Shown here piece after piece: positions 42,851 to 57,959 of a stretch of 64,000 nt of DNA. The translations under genes and the position numbers were made by a program. The notes beneath the pieces were generated by a model that had not been told where the DNA came from, made no database searches, and was given only the letters and a program-made list of their open reading frames with translations. How positions within the stretch are numbered: position 1 is the stretch's first letter; each line of letters opens with the position of its first letter. The stretch covers positions 2,048,001 through 2,112,000 of the forward strand of contig JBKAGP010000001.1 in assembly GCA_046290465.1 (NCBI GenBank), given 5' to 3'. The stretch is from Planctomycetota bacterium. GTDB taxonomy: Bacteria > Planctomycetota > UBA1135 > UBA2386.

Positions 42851-42879
42851 CGCAGCAGTGGGTGTCACCCACCGCTGCG
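42851..42879. promoter_or_regulatory. Near-perfect 29-bp palindrome between the ECF sigma gene and the lipoprotein gene
   Basis: CGCAGCAGTGGGTG-T-CACCCACCGCTGCG (14-bp arms, one mismatch). Confidence 0.5.
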
Positions 42880-42913
42880 CGCGCACCGCCGCCGTCCCGC
42901 AGAGATTCGGCCG

Positions 42914-43475
42914 CTATTTCGCCAGCTCGGCCTTCAGCCAGGCCCGCGCGAAGAACCAGTCGGCCTCGACCGTGCGCAGCGAAACCGCCAGTGCCGCCGC
43001 GACTTCCGGCATCGAGAGCCCGCCGAACGAACGCAGCTCGACGACCCTGGCCTTGCGTTGGTCGAGGCCAGAAAGCCGCTGCAGCGCCTCGTCGAGGTCC
43101 AGCACCGGCCACGTCGCAGCGCCGCCATCCGCCGGATCGAATCGCGTCGCCAGGGTTTCTTCGCGGGCCTGGTCGCGCTTCTGCGCACTCCTCCTGCGGG
43201 CGTGGTCGACCAGCACCTGCCGCATGACCCGGGCGCACAGCCCGCGGAAATGCGCGCGGTCCTCGATCGCCGCGACCGTCTGATCGACCATCCGCAGATA
43301 GACTTCGTGCACGAGGGCCGTCGGGTCCAGCGGCGCGACCGACTCACGCTGCAGCTGGGCCCGGGCCAGCTGGCGCAGTTCGTCGTAGACCGCCGGCAGC
43401 AGCGCGTCCATGGCCACGGAGTCGCCTTCGCGATGACGCTGCAGCAACTCGGTGAACGACGGCGAATCGAACGAC

Positions 43476-43477
<2 letters not shown>
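42914..43477 (-). CDS. ECF RNA polymerase sigma factor, TIGR02999-type (kinase-associated)
   Basis: LLPAVYDELRQLA, LDPTALVHEVYLRM, DRAHF...ARVMRQVLVDHARRR, VVELRSFGGLS, SLRTVEADW.FARAWL. Confidence 0.92.
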
Positions 43478-46583
<3,106 letters not shown>

Positions 46584-46590
46584 TGCATCC

Positions 46591-47019
46591 ATGGCCTCGT
46601 CCCGACGAACCGCAAGCGTGAACGAAACCGGACCAGCCTGGGCCCGCCGCGTGCTCTGGGCCGCCGCGGCCTACAACGTGGCCTTCGGCGCCTGGGCCGT
46701 GCTGTGGCCCGAACACTGGTTCGAGCTCGGTGGCATGCGCGTCCCGGACCAGCTGTTCGTCTGGCAGTGCGTCGGCATGATTGTCGGCGTCTACGGCGTC
46801 GGCTACGCGCTGGCCGCGCCGCGGCCGCTGCGCCACTGGCCGATCGTGCTGGTCGGCCTGCTCGGCAAGGTGCTCGGCCCGATCGGCTTCGCCGACGCTG
46901 CGCTGCGCGGCGAGCTGCCGTGGCGCGCCGGCTGGCTGATCTTGAGCAACGACCTGATCTGGTGGCTGCCGTTCGGCGCCATGCTGGTGCTGGCGCGCCG
47001 CCACCACCGCGAGGCGTGA
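46591..47019 (+). CDS. Small four-TM membrane protein, function unknown
   Basis: AAAAYNVAFGAW, WQCVGMIVGVYGVGY, GLLGKVLGPIGF, NDLIWWLPF; start may be GTG 46618. Confidence 0.65.
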   Translation: MASSRRTASVNETGPAWARRVLWAAAAYNVAFGAWAVLWPEHWFELGGMRVPDQLFVWQCVGMIVGVYGVGYALAAPRPLRHWPIVLVGLLGKVLGPIGFADAALRGELPWRAGWLILSNDLIWWLPFGAMLVLARRHHREA

Positions 47020-47444
47020 TGGCGTTCGAGCACCTGGCACTGCTGCACCTGGTGCCGACGCTGGTGATGGCCGGCGTGATCTGGTTCGTGCAGGTCGTGC
47101 ACTACCCGCTGTTCGCCGCGGTCGGCGAGCGCGCGTTCCGCAACTACGAAGAACGCCACACCCAGCGCACCACCTGGGTCGTGCTGCCGCCGATGGTCGC
47201 CGAACTCGCGCTGGCCACCTGGCTGCTGCTGCGCGCACCGGAGCCGGCGCGGCCGTTGGCCTGGCTCGGCGCGGGCCTGGTCGCGGGGCTGTGGCTGTCG
47301 ACGTTCCTGGTGCAGGTGCCGTGCCACGCGCGGCTGTCGCAAGGCTTCGACGCGCCGACCTGGCGACGGCTGGTGCGCAGCAACTGGGCGCGCACCGCGA
47401 TGTGGACCGCGCGCGCGGCGATCGCGCTGCGACTCTGCTGGTAG
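47019..47444 (+). CDS. Conserved four-helix membrane protein (DUF1772-like)
   Basis: MAGVIWFVQVVHYPLF...YEERH...P.M..EL...QVPCHARL...NWART; TGATG overlap with the upstream gene. Confidence 0.65.
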   Translation: MAFEHLALLHLVPTLVMAGVIWFVQVVHYPLFAAVGERAFRNYEERHTQRTTWVVLPPMVAELALATWLLLRAPEPARPLAWLGAGLVAGLWLSTFLVQVPCHARLSQGFDAPTWRRLVRSNWARTAMWTARAAIALRLCW

Positions 47445-47486
47445 CGCGCCGCCGCGGCGCTCAGCGCACCGCGTCGCTTCATCGCG

Positions 47487-48008
47487 TCATCCGACGCGGC
47501 GTCGACGCCATTTCTTCCACTTGGGCACCGCCCACATCACGTAGCCGCTGCCGGCCAGGAACAGCAGCAGCAACGCGACCACCGGCATCGCCCACGCGTG
47601 TGCGAAGTCGCCGAACCACGAGCCGTCGTGCAGCGCCTCGAGCCAGTCGCTGCGGCGCTCCCGCGGCGCGCTCGTCCTCAGCGTGATCGCGCAGACCTGG
47701 ACCTCGAGGTCGTCGTGCTTGCTGACGACCTTGTGCAGGCGCTTGTTCGGCCGGAAGTCGATGCGCGCGATGTCGTGCTCGCTGCGGAACTGCGGCAGGC
47801 CGAGCGCGAACACCGCCTCGTAGACCTTCGGCAGCGGCTGCAGGGCGTCGACCGGGCCCTCCGCGCACGCCATCGTCGGCGGCTGGATCCAGTCGTAGTC
47901 CTTCTTGACCAGCAGCAGGAAGCCGGTGATCGACACCAGCATCAGCACCAGGCCGGCGGCGAGGCCGAGCCAGCGGTGTAGCATCCAGATGGTGCGAAAC
48001 ACGCGCAT
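47487..48008 (-). CDS. PepSY-associated TM helix domain protein
   Basis: LHRWLGL...SITGFLL at the N-terminus, WLEALHDGSWFG and C-terminal TM ending SGYVMW. Confidence 0.75.
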   Translation of the reverse strand: MRVFRTIWMLHRWLGLAAGLVLMLVSITGFLLLVKKDYDWIQPPTMACAEGPVDALQPLPKVYEAVFALGLPQFRSEHDIARIDFRPNKRLHKVVSKHDDLEVQVCAITLRTSAPRERRSDWLEALHDGSWFGDFAHAWAMPVVALLLLFLAGSGYVMWAVPKWKKWRRRRVG

Positions 48009-48011
48009 GCG

Positions 48012-48662
48012 CTAGTCCTCGGCGTAGCTGGCCATCAGGTAGCGCGGCTCGAGGTCGGCGGCAGCGGCCGCGAAGCGCGGCAGGCCGTCGGCGAGCAGCG
48101 CCGGCGCGAACAGTCCGACGGCCGCGACGCAGGCGAGGCCGCGCTCGTCGCGCAGCTGCTGCGCGAACGCCGCGGGCGCGACCAGCAGTTCGTCGGAGGC
48201 GATCCGCCCGAGCACCTCGTCGACCGGTGCGGCGTTGGCGGCTTCGCGTTCGAGCACGCCGCGCTCGCCGAGTTCGTGCACCGCCGTATGCAGACGGCCG
48301 CGCCGCGCATCGAGCACGGTGCGCACGGGGCCGACGTGGCATGGGGCCGCGTGGCGGGCCAGCACCGCGAGGCTGCAGACGCCTTCGACCTGCAGGTCGC
48401 CGAACTGCTGCAGCAGACGCACGAACGTGACCGCGACGCGCAGGCCGGTGTAGGAGCCGGGGCCGACGTCGACGACCACGCGGCGCAGCGCGGCCGGAGC
48501 GACACCGCGCGCGGCACACAGCTGCTGGCACAGCTGCGCCAGGTCACCGCGTTCGCCGGCGGGCACGTTGGCCACCGAGGTCTCGCCGTCGTGCTGCAGC
48601 GCCACCGAGAACGGCGCGTCGCCACACAGGTTGCTGCCGCTGATCGCGAGCGTCGGGCTCAC
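48012..48662 (-). CDS. tsaB: tRNA threonylcarbamoyladenosine biosynthesis protein TsaB
   Basis: SVAL, VDVGPGSYTGLRVAV, LDARRG, LEPRYL; GTGA overlap with glmM. Confidence 0.88.
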   Translation of the reverse strand: MSPTLAISGSNLCGDAPFSVALQHDGETSVANVPAGERGDLAQLCQQLCAARGVAPAALRRVVVDVGPGSYTGLRVAVTFVRLLQQFGDLQVEGVCSLAVLARHAAPCHVGPVRTVLDARRGRLHTAVHELGERGVLEREAANAAPVDEVLGRIASDELLVAPAAFAQQLRDERGLACVAAVGLFAPALLADGLPRFAAAAADLEPRYLMASYAED

Positions 48663-50005
48663 GCGCCGAGCTCCGCCCGGATCAGCTCGGCGAGCTCTTC
48701 GCAGAGGCGGTCGCACAGCGCGCCGTCCTTGGCCTCGATCATCACGCGGCACTTCGGCTCGGTGCCCGAGTAGCGCAGCAGCAGGCGGCCGTCCTGGCCG
48801 AGCAGCTGCTCGATCTCCTGCTGCTTGCTCGCCACCGCCGGGACCGTCGACAGGTCGGGCTTGTCGCGCACCTGCACGTTGATCAGCTTCTGCGGGAAGC
48901 GCTCGAACGACGCAAACGCCTCCGACACCTTGCGGGCGCCGACGTCGGCCAGGATGCGCAGGCCGGTGTAGAGGCCGTCGCCGACCAGTTCGTGCTCGAG
49001 GAACAGGGTGTGGCCGGACTGCTCGCCGCCGAGCGCGAAGCCGTGCTCGCGCATCGCGGCGACCACGTGCCGGTCGCCGACCGGAGTCGTGTGCACCTGC
49101 ACCCCGGCCTCCCGCAGCGCCTGGTGCATGCCGAGGTTGCTCATCACCGTCGCCGCGACGGTCGCGTTCGGCAGCTGCCCCGCCTCGTGCATGCGCGCAC
49201 CGAAGAACGACATCACCGCATCGCCGTCCTGCACCGCGCCGGTCTCGTCGACGAAGATGCCGCGGTCGCCGTCGCCGTCGAGGCAGATGCCGAGGCAGGC
49301 GCCGTGCTCCTTGACCAGCGGTCCGAGGTTCTCCGGGTGCAGGGCACCGACGCCCTCGTTGATGTTGAAGCCGTCCGGCTCGCAGCCGACCTCGATCACC
49401 TCGGCACCGAACATGCGCAGCACGCGCGGCGCGATCACCGAGCCGCCGCCGTTGGCGGCGTCGATGCAGACCTTCTTGCCGGTCAGGTCGAGGTCGGGGA
49501 ACCGCTGGCCGAGCAGTTCTTCGTATTGCAGCACGAGCTTCTCGACCTCGCGCACGCGCGGCTCGCTCGGCGACTCGACCGTCAGCTCGTTGGCCAGGCG
49601 CTCGAGTTCGCGCTCGTCCTCGTCGCAGAGCTTCTTGCCCGCCGCGCCGAAGATCTTGATGCCGTTGTCGTGCGAGGGGTTGTGCGACGCGCTGATCATG
49701 ATGCCGGCTGCGAACTGGCCGCGCGCGGTCAGCAGCGCCAGCGCCGGGGTCGTGACCAGGCCGACGTCGGCGGCGCTCACGTCCGCCCCCATCAGTCCCT
49801 GCACCAGGCTGTCGAGGATCCACGGCGCCGACTCGCGACCGTCGTTGCCGATCAGCACGCGGCGCTGCGAGCCGTCGCCCTCCCTCTGCAGCAGCACCCC
49901 GAGCGCGGCGCCGACGCGGCGCAGGGTCTCGGGTTCCATCGGGGCCTGGCCGGCGCGGCCACGCAGGCCGTCGGTGCCGAATTGGACCGGTTCGAACGTG
50001 TTCAT
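48659..50005 (-). CDS. glmM: Phosphoglucosamine mutase
   Basis: FGTDGLRG, SASHNP, DGDGDR, TVMSNLG, VGDRHV, GGEQSGH, RYSGTEP. Confidence 0.96.
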   Translation of the reverse strand: MNTFEPVQFGTDGLRGRAGQAPMEPETLRRVGAALGVLLQREGDGSQRRVLIGNDGRESAPWILDSLVQGLMGADVSAADVGLVTTPALALLTARGQFAAGIMISASHNPSHDNGIKIFGAAGKKLCDEDERELERLANELTVESPSEPRVREVEKLVLQYEELLGQRFPDLDLTGKKVCIDAANGGGSVIAPRVLRMFGAEVIEVGCEPDGFNINEGVGALHPENLGPLVKEHGACLGICLDGDGDRGIFVDETGAVQDGDAVMSFFGARMHEAGQLPNATVAATVMSNLGMHQALREAGVQVHTTPVGDRHVVAAMREHGFALGGEQSGHTLFLEHELVGDGLYTGLRILADVGARKVSEAFASFERFPQKLINVQVRDKPDLSTVPAVASKQQEIEQLLGQDGRLLLRYSGTEPKCRVMIEAKDGALCDRLCEELAELIRAELGA

Positions 50006-51150
50006 GGGTTCTTGTTGCGGAGCTTGACCACGCGCGAGTCCTCCAGCTTGAACTCGCTGCGCTCGACCCGACGGGTCGGCGACTCGCGCACCACGAGCTG
50101 GATCTCGCGGTCCAGTTCCTGGCCGAACTGGTTGCCCGCCTCGGGCCGCTGCAGGTGCACGACCAGGCGCATGGTCTCGGCTGCCCAGCGCTGGCGATCG
50201 GTGTCGCGCTCGAACGCACCCGCCACCGAGCGCAGCCGTCCGGACAGGCTGACGCGCACCGGGATGCTCTGCAGGTCCGGCACGAAGCGGCCGCGATCCT
50301 CGGGCTTCAGGTTGAGGTCGTCGACCACCACCGGCAGCTCGAACGTGTAGTCCTGCCGCGTCGGTTCGAGGTCGATGCGCACGCTCGGCGTCTGTTCGAA
50401 CACCACGGCGATGTCGAGGTTGTCGAGGATGCGCAGCTGGCCCGTGGCCTCGTCGCCGAGCTGCTGCAGGTCCGCGTGCAGGATCGGCTGGCCCGTCTTG
50501 ACGCGATCGCTGAGCTTCTGGATGTTGCGGGCGGGGCCGATGATGCGCACCGTGCCGGGCGAGAACTGCGACGTGTCGCGCAAGAGCCGGCTCTCGAAGT
50601 CCTTGGCGTCGAACTGCACGTGGCCGTTGTCGACCTCGAGCACGAGGTTGTCCTGCAGGCCGACCTCGAGACGCACGCGCGGCGGGTCCATCTCGATCGA
50701 GATCTCCTCGAGCGCGCGCACGTCACGGCGGATGTTGTCGGCGGTGAACTCCACCACCTGCACGTCCGGGCCTTCGCCACGCCCCACCCACTCGCGGGTC
50801 TCGAAGGTCGTGATCGCCAGGTTGAGCCGGTCCTCCTTCAGCGCGTCGATGCGGAAGCGCGGGCCGGACACCGTCACCCGCACGTTCTGGATCTCGCGGT
50901 CGCCGTCGAGGAACCGGCGCTTGACGACGCGGTCGGTCGGCAGCGTGATCGACAGGCGGTCCTCGGTGCCGCTGGAGACGTCGAGCACGTCGACCGCGGC
51001 CAGCGGCAGCGTGTAGACCTCCGACTCCATGATCCGGCTGTTGATGAAGAACCACAGCAGGATCGCCAGGCCGATCGCGACCAGCTTGCGGTACGGGTCG
51101 TCGACGACCAGGTTCCACAGCCTGTTCCTGCGGCGACGATCGCGGCTCAC
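50002..51150 (-). CDS. cdaR: CdaR/YbbR-like regulator of diadenylate cyclase
   Basis: KLVAIGLAILLWFFI anchor, VRVTVSGPR and PGTVRIIGP YbbR-like motifs; located between dacA and glmM. Confidence 0.65.
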   Translation of the reverse strand: MSRDRRRRNRLWNLVVDDPYRKLVAIGLAILLWFFINSRIMESEVYTLPLAAVDVLDVSSGTEDRLSITLPTDRVVKRRFLDGDREIQNVRVTVSGPRFRIDALKEDRLNLAITTFETREWVGRGEGPDVQVVEFTADNIRRDVRALEEISIEMDPPRVRLEVGLQDNLVLEVDNGHVQFDAKDFESRLLRDTSQFSPGTVRIIGPARNIQKLSDRVKTGQPILHADLQQLGDEATGQLRILDNLDIAVVFEQTPSVRIDLEPTRQDYTFELPVVVDDLNLKPEDRGRFVPDLQSIPVRVSLSGRLRSVAGAFERDTDRQRWAAETMRLVVHLQRPEAGNQFGQELDREIQLVVRESPTRRVERSEFKLEDSRVVKLRNKNP

Positions 51151-51959
51151 GACGCGCTGCTCCTTCCGAACACCTCGTCGAGCTCGGTCTCGAGCTTCTC
51201 GAGGGTCAGGTCGTGGTGCAGCTTGCCGGCGCTCGCGGTCGAGATCTTGCCGGTCTCCTCACTGACGACGACGATCAACGCGTCGGTCTCCTCGGACAGG
51301 CCGAGCGCGGCGCGGTGGCGCGTGCCCAGGCGCTTGTCGATGTCCGGGTTCTGGCTGAGCGGGAACAGGCACGACGCGGCCACGATGCGGTCGTCCTGCA
51401 CGACCACCCCGCCGTCGTGCAGCGCGCTCTTCGGGAAGAAGATCGACTCGATCAGGTAGCTGTTCAGCTCGGCGTCGATGGTGATGCCGTTCTCGCTGAG
51501 CTCCGACAGCGACGCCTCGCGCTCGATCGCGATCAGGGCACCGATGCGCTCCTTGCTCAGCCGCGCGACCGCGCGCAGCAGACGCGGCACGATCTTGGTG
51601 TCGCGGCGGAAGAACCGGCCGAAGATCGGCGCGTCGCCGAGGTGCACGATGGCGCGGCGGATCTCGGGGTGGAACACCACCACCAGACCGAGCACGACCG
51701 ACGGCGCCAGCTGTTCGACCAGCCACGACAGGCGGTCGAGTTCGAACGAGTCCGCGACGATGAAGAACGCCAGCGCGAACGACGTCAGCAGCAGCGCCAG
51801 GCCGCGGATGATGCCGGAGCCGCGCGTCGCGCGCAGGAACCGCAGCACCACGTAGATCAGCACCGCGAAGATGCCGACCTCGATGACCACCTTGCTCGCG
51901 TCGAGAAGCCCGCCGAAGCCGTCTTCGACGAGGTCCTGAGGAGCGAGGTGGAGCGTCAT
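51147..51959 (-). CDS. dacA: Membrane diadenylate cyclase CdaA/DacA
   Basis: Three TM, VVFHPEIRR, GALIAIER, LHDGG, LGTRHRAA, VSEETG. Confidence 0.93.
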   Translation of the reverse strand: MTLHLAPQDLVEDGFGGLLDASKVVIEVGIFAVLIYVVLRFLRATRGSGIIRGLALLLTSFALAFFIVADSFELDRLSWLVEQLAPSVVLGLVVVFHPEIRRAIVHLGDAPIFGRFFRRDTKIVPRLLRAVARLSKERIGALIAIEREASLSELSENGITIDAELNSYLIESIFFPKSALHDGGVVVQDDRIVAASCLFPLSQNPDIDKRLGTRHRAALGLSEETDALIVVVSEETGKISTASAGKLHHDLTLEKLETELDEVFGRSSAS

Positions 51960-51978
51960 GGGGCGGAGCGCCTCGGGA

Positions 51979-54339
<2,361 letters not shown>

Positions 54340-54738
54340 CAGATTGTTCGCCGCCTGCTCGCTCTAGATCACGGGCTCGGATCGCGCCCCGGGCAGGGGA
54401 GCCGCCGATGGCCTCATCGGCGGTTTGCGACGGTTGGCCGTAGCCCGCTTGCCATCGCGACTTCCGACCCGGCGGCACGGACGGCGCGTAGCCCGGGAGG
54501 ATAGGTCACGCCCGCCCGCGATGCCAGCGATGGGATCGACCCGCTGATCGTCGTTGCCGTCGCAAACCGGTTACAGACATGGATCGGTGCTTCCGACGAA
54601 AAGGCCTCGATGGAAACCCCCATGACACGTTAGAAACGCGGCCGATGCCGGCGCCCCGGAAAACACTTCCAGCGTCCCAGCCGGGCGCCCCGTCGGGCTG
54701 CCCCGCGGATCGCTGGTCGCTGCAGCGAGGAGGCGTGC

Positions 54739-55986
54739 ATGCCCTCCTTTGAGGTGCGTGTGCGACGGGCCGGCAGCCCGCTCGAACTGCTGCGCCAGGC
54801 GTTCGAACTCGCGCCGGGCCAGGAGCTGACGTTCGGCCGCGCACCCGACGCCGACGTGACGATCCAGGACCCCGATCGCAAGGTCAGTTCCCGTCACGGC
54901 AAGATCCGATGCGACGCCGAAGGGGCGCTGGTCGCCACCGACCTCGGCAGCCTCAACGGCACCTTCCTGGAGGGAACGCCGGTCGGGCAGGGAGCCGGCA
55001 CCGTGGTCCCGTTCGGCTCGATCCTGCGGGTCAGCGACTACGAACTCGAGATCGTCGAGTCGGCGCAGGCCGAAACCATGCGCACGGGCGGCCTCGCCCT
55101 CGCGGCAAGGTCTCTAACCAACGATTTAGAAGAAGCTTATGACCTCGCCCTCGACGCCGACTGCGGCCAGCGGGCGACCGCGATGCAGACCTCCGTCGAC
55201 TACGCCATCGCGGCGCTCAATCGGCGCGAGGGGGCGTGCCTGCTCGAGAACCTGCTCGGTGAGCAGGCAGGATTCCACAGCGTCACGCCCATGCCGAGCG
55301 GCGTCGGCCCCAGCGGCTTTGGCCCGGGCGGTGTCGCTGCGGGAGGTGTTGCCGCGGGCGGTGTCGGCCAGATGCCGGCCCCCGTCGTCGACCGGGATGC
55401 CGCGGCGGCGGACTCCGGCGCCGACGAGGCCATCCGCCAGCTCGCGGCGGAGCTCGTGCCGAGCGTCGAACTCCGCACCCCCGAGTGCTTCGCCACGTTC
55501 TGCCGGCTGCTGTCGCAGGTCACCAAGGCGACGCTCGACTGGCTGGCCAAGAGCCTGCAGAGCCGCGGGGTGTTCGCCGAGGAGTTCGGCGCCGAGGTCA
55601 CCCTGGTCTTCCAGCGCAGCAACAACCCGCTGAAGTCGATGTCCCAGGACGAGCTGCGCCGGTTCCTGCTCGACTGGTCCGAGTCGACCGACGTCGAGAC
55701 CCGCAACTACTACCTCGAAGGCGTGCTCAAGGACCTGACCGAGCACCAGGTCGGCGTGATCGCCGGCGTCAAGGAAGCGGTCGCCGGCGTCTTCGCGCGG
55801 CTCGCGCCCGAACGGATCGAGGCGCTGTCCAAGGACGCCGCCGGCTGGTCCAAGGCCAACAAGCTCTGGAACGCCTACCAGCAGCTGCACCAGGAACTGT
55901 CCGAGGAGCAGAGCAAGCTGTTCCAGGACCTGATCACGCCCGCCATCCAGAAGGGCTACCTCCATCAACACGGTGACGACGCTTGA
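54739..55986 (+). CDS. tagH: T6SS-associated FHA-domain protein TagH/Fha
   Basis: GAGGAGG RBS; FHA motifs FGR, SSRH, DLGSLNGT; C-terminal NNPLK and DL..HQVGVIAGV...LAPERIE. Confidence 0.85.
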   Translation: MPSFEVRVRRAGSPLELLRQAFELAPGQELTFGRAPDADVTIQDPDRKVSSRHGKIRCDAEGALVATDLGSLNGTFLEGTPVGQGAGTVVPFGSILRVSDYELEIVESAQAETMRTGGLALAARSLTNDLEEAYDLALDADCGQRATAMQTSVDYAIAALNRREGACLLENLLGEQAGFHSVTPMPSGVGPSGFGPGGVAAGGVAAGGVGQMPAPVVDRDAAAADSGADEAIRQLAAELVPSVELRTPECFATFCRLLSQVTKATLDWLAKSLQSRGVFAEEFGAEVTLVFQRSNNPLKSMSQDELRRFLLDWSESTDVETRNYYLEGVLKDLTEHQVGVIAGVKEAVAGVFARLAPERIEALSKDAAGWSKANKLWNAYQQLHQELSEEQSKLFQDLITPAIQKGYLHQHGDDA

Positions 55987-56028
55987 GCCCGCGCCGCCGC
56001 CACGTCCCTCCCACCTCTCCCGACCACG

Positions 56029-56496
56029 ATGCCTGATCCACGCGCATCGCGCTGCCTCGCGCAGCGCACGCATGCCGTCTTGTTGTTTGCCACCCTGCTC
56101 GCCGCGTGCTCGAGCGGGCCCTACAAGACCAGGCTGATGGTGACCGGCGGGGACCGGCTGAACCCGACGTTCGACGACCAGCCGAGCGCGGTGCCGATCC
56201 GGATCGTGCAGCTGAAGGACAAGCAGGCGTTCCTGTCCGCGACCGAAGAAGAACTGTTCGGTGAGGACCTCAAGAAGCAGAGCTGGGTGATCGCCTACCA
56301 GGAGGGCAAGGTCCGGGTCTCGCTCGAGCGGGAGATCGAGATCGAGATCCAGCCCGAGGTCCGCTTCCTCGGCATCGTCGGCATGTTCAACGAGACGGAC
56401 GGCGAGTGGAAGGCGGTCATCGACTGCAACGACCTCGACGAGCAGAAGCTGGTGTTCGACGGCTACCGCTTCTCGGCGGAGCCGCGCGACTCCTAG
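56029..56496 (+). CDS. tssJ: T6SS outer-membrane lipoprotein TssJ
   Basis: LLAA-C lipobox; LNP...P.AVPIRIVQLKD..AF, RFLGIVG.F, W motif; position before tssK. Confidence 0.85.
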   Translation: MPDPRASRCLAQRTHAVLLFATLLAACSSGPYKTRLMVTGGDRLNPTFDDQPSAVPIRIVQLKDKQAFLSATEEELFGEDLKKQSWVIAYQEGKVRVSLEREIEIEIQPEVRFLGIVGMFNETDGEWKAVIDCNDLDEQKLVFDGYRFSAEPRDS

Positions 56497-56499
56497 TCG

Positions 56500-56527
56500 C
56501 CAACCGTTCACGTCCCCAACCGTTCAC
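56500..56527 (+). repeat. 12-bp direct repeat in the tssJ-tssK spacer
   Basis: CCAACCGTTCAC at 56500-56511 and 56516-56527; the second copy abuts the tssK ATG. Confidence 0.75.
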
Positions 56528-57850
56528 ATGAGCAACCAACATCGCGTCATCTGGGACGAGGGCATGATGCTCGCGCCACAGCACTTCCAGCAGTGGGAGC
56601 GCTGGATCGAGGGCGAGCTGCACGGCCGCGGCAAGGCCGACTCGACCTACGGCTGGGGCTTCACCGGCCTGACCCTGGATCCGGGCGCACTCGCCGGCGG
56701 CCAGCTGGCCGTGACCTGGTGCGCCGGCATCCTGCCGGACGGCACGTCGTTCTCGAGCCCGGACCGGGATCCACTGCCCGCGGCGATCGCGGCCGCCGAT
56801 GCGATCGACGACAAGGTCGGCAGCGCGCTGGTGCACCTGGCGGCACCCAAGGTGGTGCAGGGTTCGCCGGCATACGGCGAGGACCAGCACGCCCCCCGGC
56901 TGCGCAGCCGGCTGCGCGTCGTCGACGCGGCCCGCCCGGAGTCGGACCGTGAGATCGCCACGTCCCAGTTGAACCTCAGCCTGAGGCTCGACACCGAGGA
57001 CCTGTCGGGCTTCCGCACCATGCCGATCGCGCGCCTGGTCCGCTCGGCCGGCGGCGGGGTCGAGCTCGCCCCCGGCTTCGCCGCGCCGGCGCTGTCGCTC
57101 GACGCGTGCCCGCTGGCGCAGTCGGTCCTGCGGCAGACGTCGGGCATGCTGGCGCAGAAGTGGACCGAACTGTCCGGCAAGCGACGCGGCGCGGGCTCGG
57201 GCATGGCCGACGCGGCGGGCCTGCTGCTGCTGCACACCGCGGGCGAGAGCCTGCCGGCACTGCGCCACCTGGTCGAGAACGGCGGCGCCGGCGCCGAGGC
57301 TGCCTACCTGCAGCTCGCACGCCTGGCGGCGCAGCTGTGCACGTTCCACGCGACGATGTCGCCGGCGGAAGTTCCGATCTATCGCCACGAGGACGCCGGC
57401 CCGGCGTTCCGGGAACTCGGTGACATGCTCCAGGAACTGCTCGGCGACGCCGCCCCCAGCATGTGCGACACGATCCCGCTCGAGCGCGAGGGCGAGTCGC
57501 TGTTCTGGGCCCGCATCCCGTCCCCCAACATGTTCTCGGAGGGCAGCCTGTTCCTCTCGGTGCGCGCCGATGCGCCCGAAGAAGACGTCCAGGGGCGCTT
57601 CCCCAGCCTCACCAAGATCTCGGCGAAGGACCGGGTCCAGGACCTGCTGATGCGCGCCATCCCCGGCCTGCCGATCCGCTACGTGCCGCAACCGCCGGCC
57701 GCCATCCCGACGCAGACCGGGCGCGTGTACTTCCGCCTGGAGCCGGACGGCGACCACTTCGAGGCGATGCGGGCCTCGCTGACCGCCGCGATCCACGTGT
57801 CGCCTGGTCTCCCCGAACTCTCGATCGAGCTCCTCGCCGTGAAACAGTAG
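56528..57850 (+). CDS. tssK: T6SS baseplate subunit TssK
   Basis: RVIWDEGMMLAPQHFQQ, YGWG, GILPDGT, YRHED, AIPGLP...PP.AIP...YFRLE. Confidence 0.93.
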   Translation: MSNQHRVIWDEGMMLAPQHFQQWERWIEGELHGRGKADSTYGWGFTGLTLDPGALAGGQLAVTWCAGILPDGTSFSSPDRDPLPAAIAAADAIDDKVGSALVHLAAPKVVQGSPAYGEDQHAPRLRSRLRVVDAARPESDREIATSQLNLSLRLDTEDLSGFRTMPIARLVRSAGGGVELAPGFAAPALSLDACPLAQSVLRQTSGMLAQKWTELSGKRRGAGSGMADAAGLLLLHTAGESLPALRHLVENGGAGAEAAYLQLARLAAQLCTFHATMSPAEVPIYRHEDAGPAFRELGDMLQELLGDAAPSMCDTIPLEREGESLFWARIPSPNMFSEGSLFLSVRADAPEEDVQGRFPSLTKISAKDRVQDLLMRAIPGLPIRYVPQPPAAIPTQTGRVYFRLEPDGDHFEAMRASLTAAIHVSPGLPELSIELLAVKQ

Positions 57851-57959
57851 TCCGCCACACCCCTTCCCGATCGTCGCGATCCCGCAGCCATGCTGCCGTG
57901 GAGCCCGGAGCCCGCGGCGACGCGACCATCTCCTCGCCAGCGCCAGCAACCCGCCCTCG

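Noticed and set aside
54473..54488. Sigma-54-like site CGGCACG-gacg-GCGCG upstream of the T6SS
   Set aside because: The -12 element lacks TTGC and the match is easily random in GC-rich DNA
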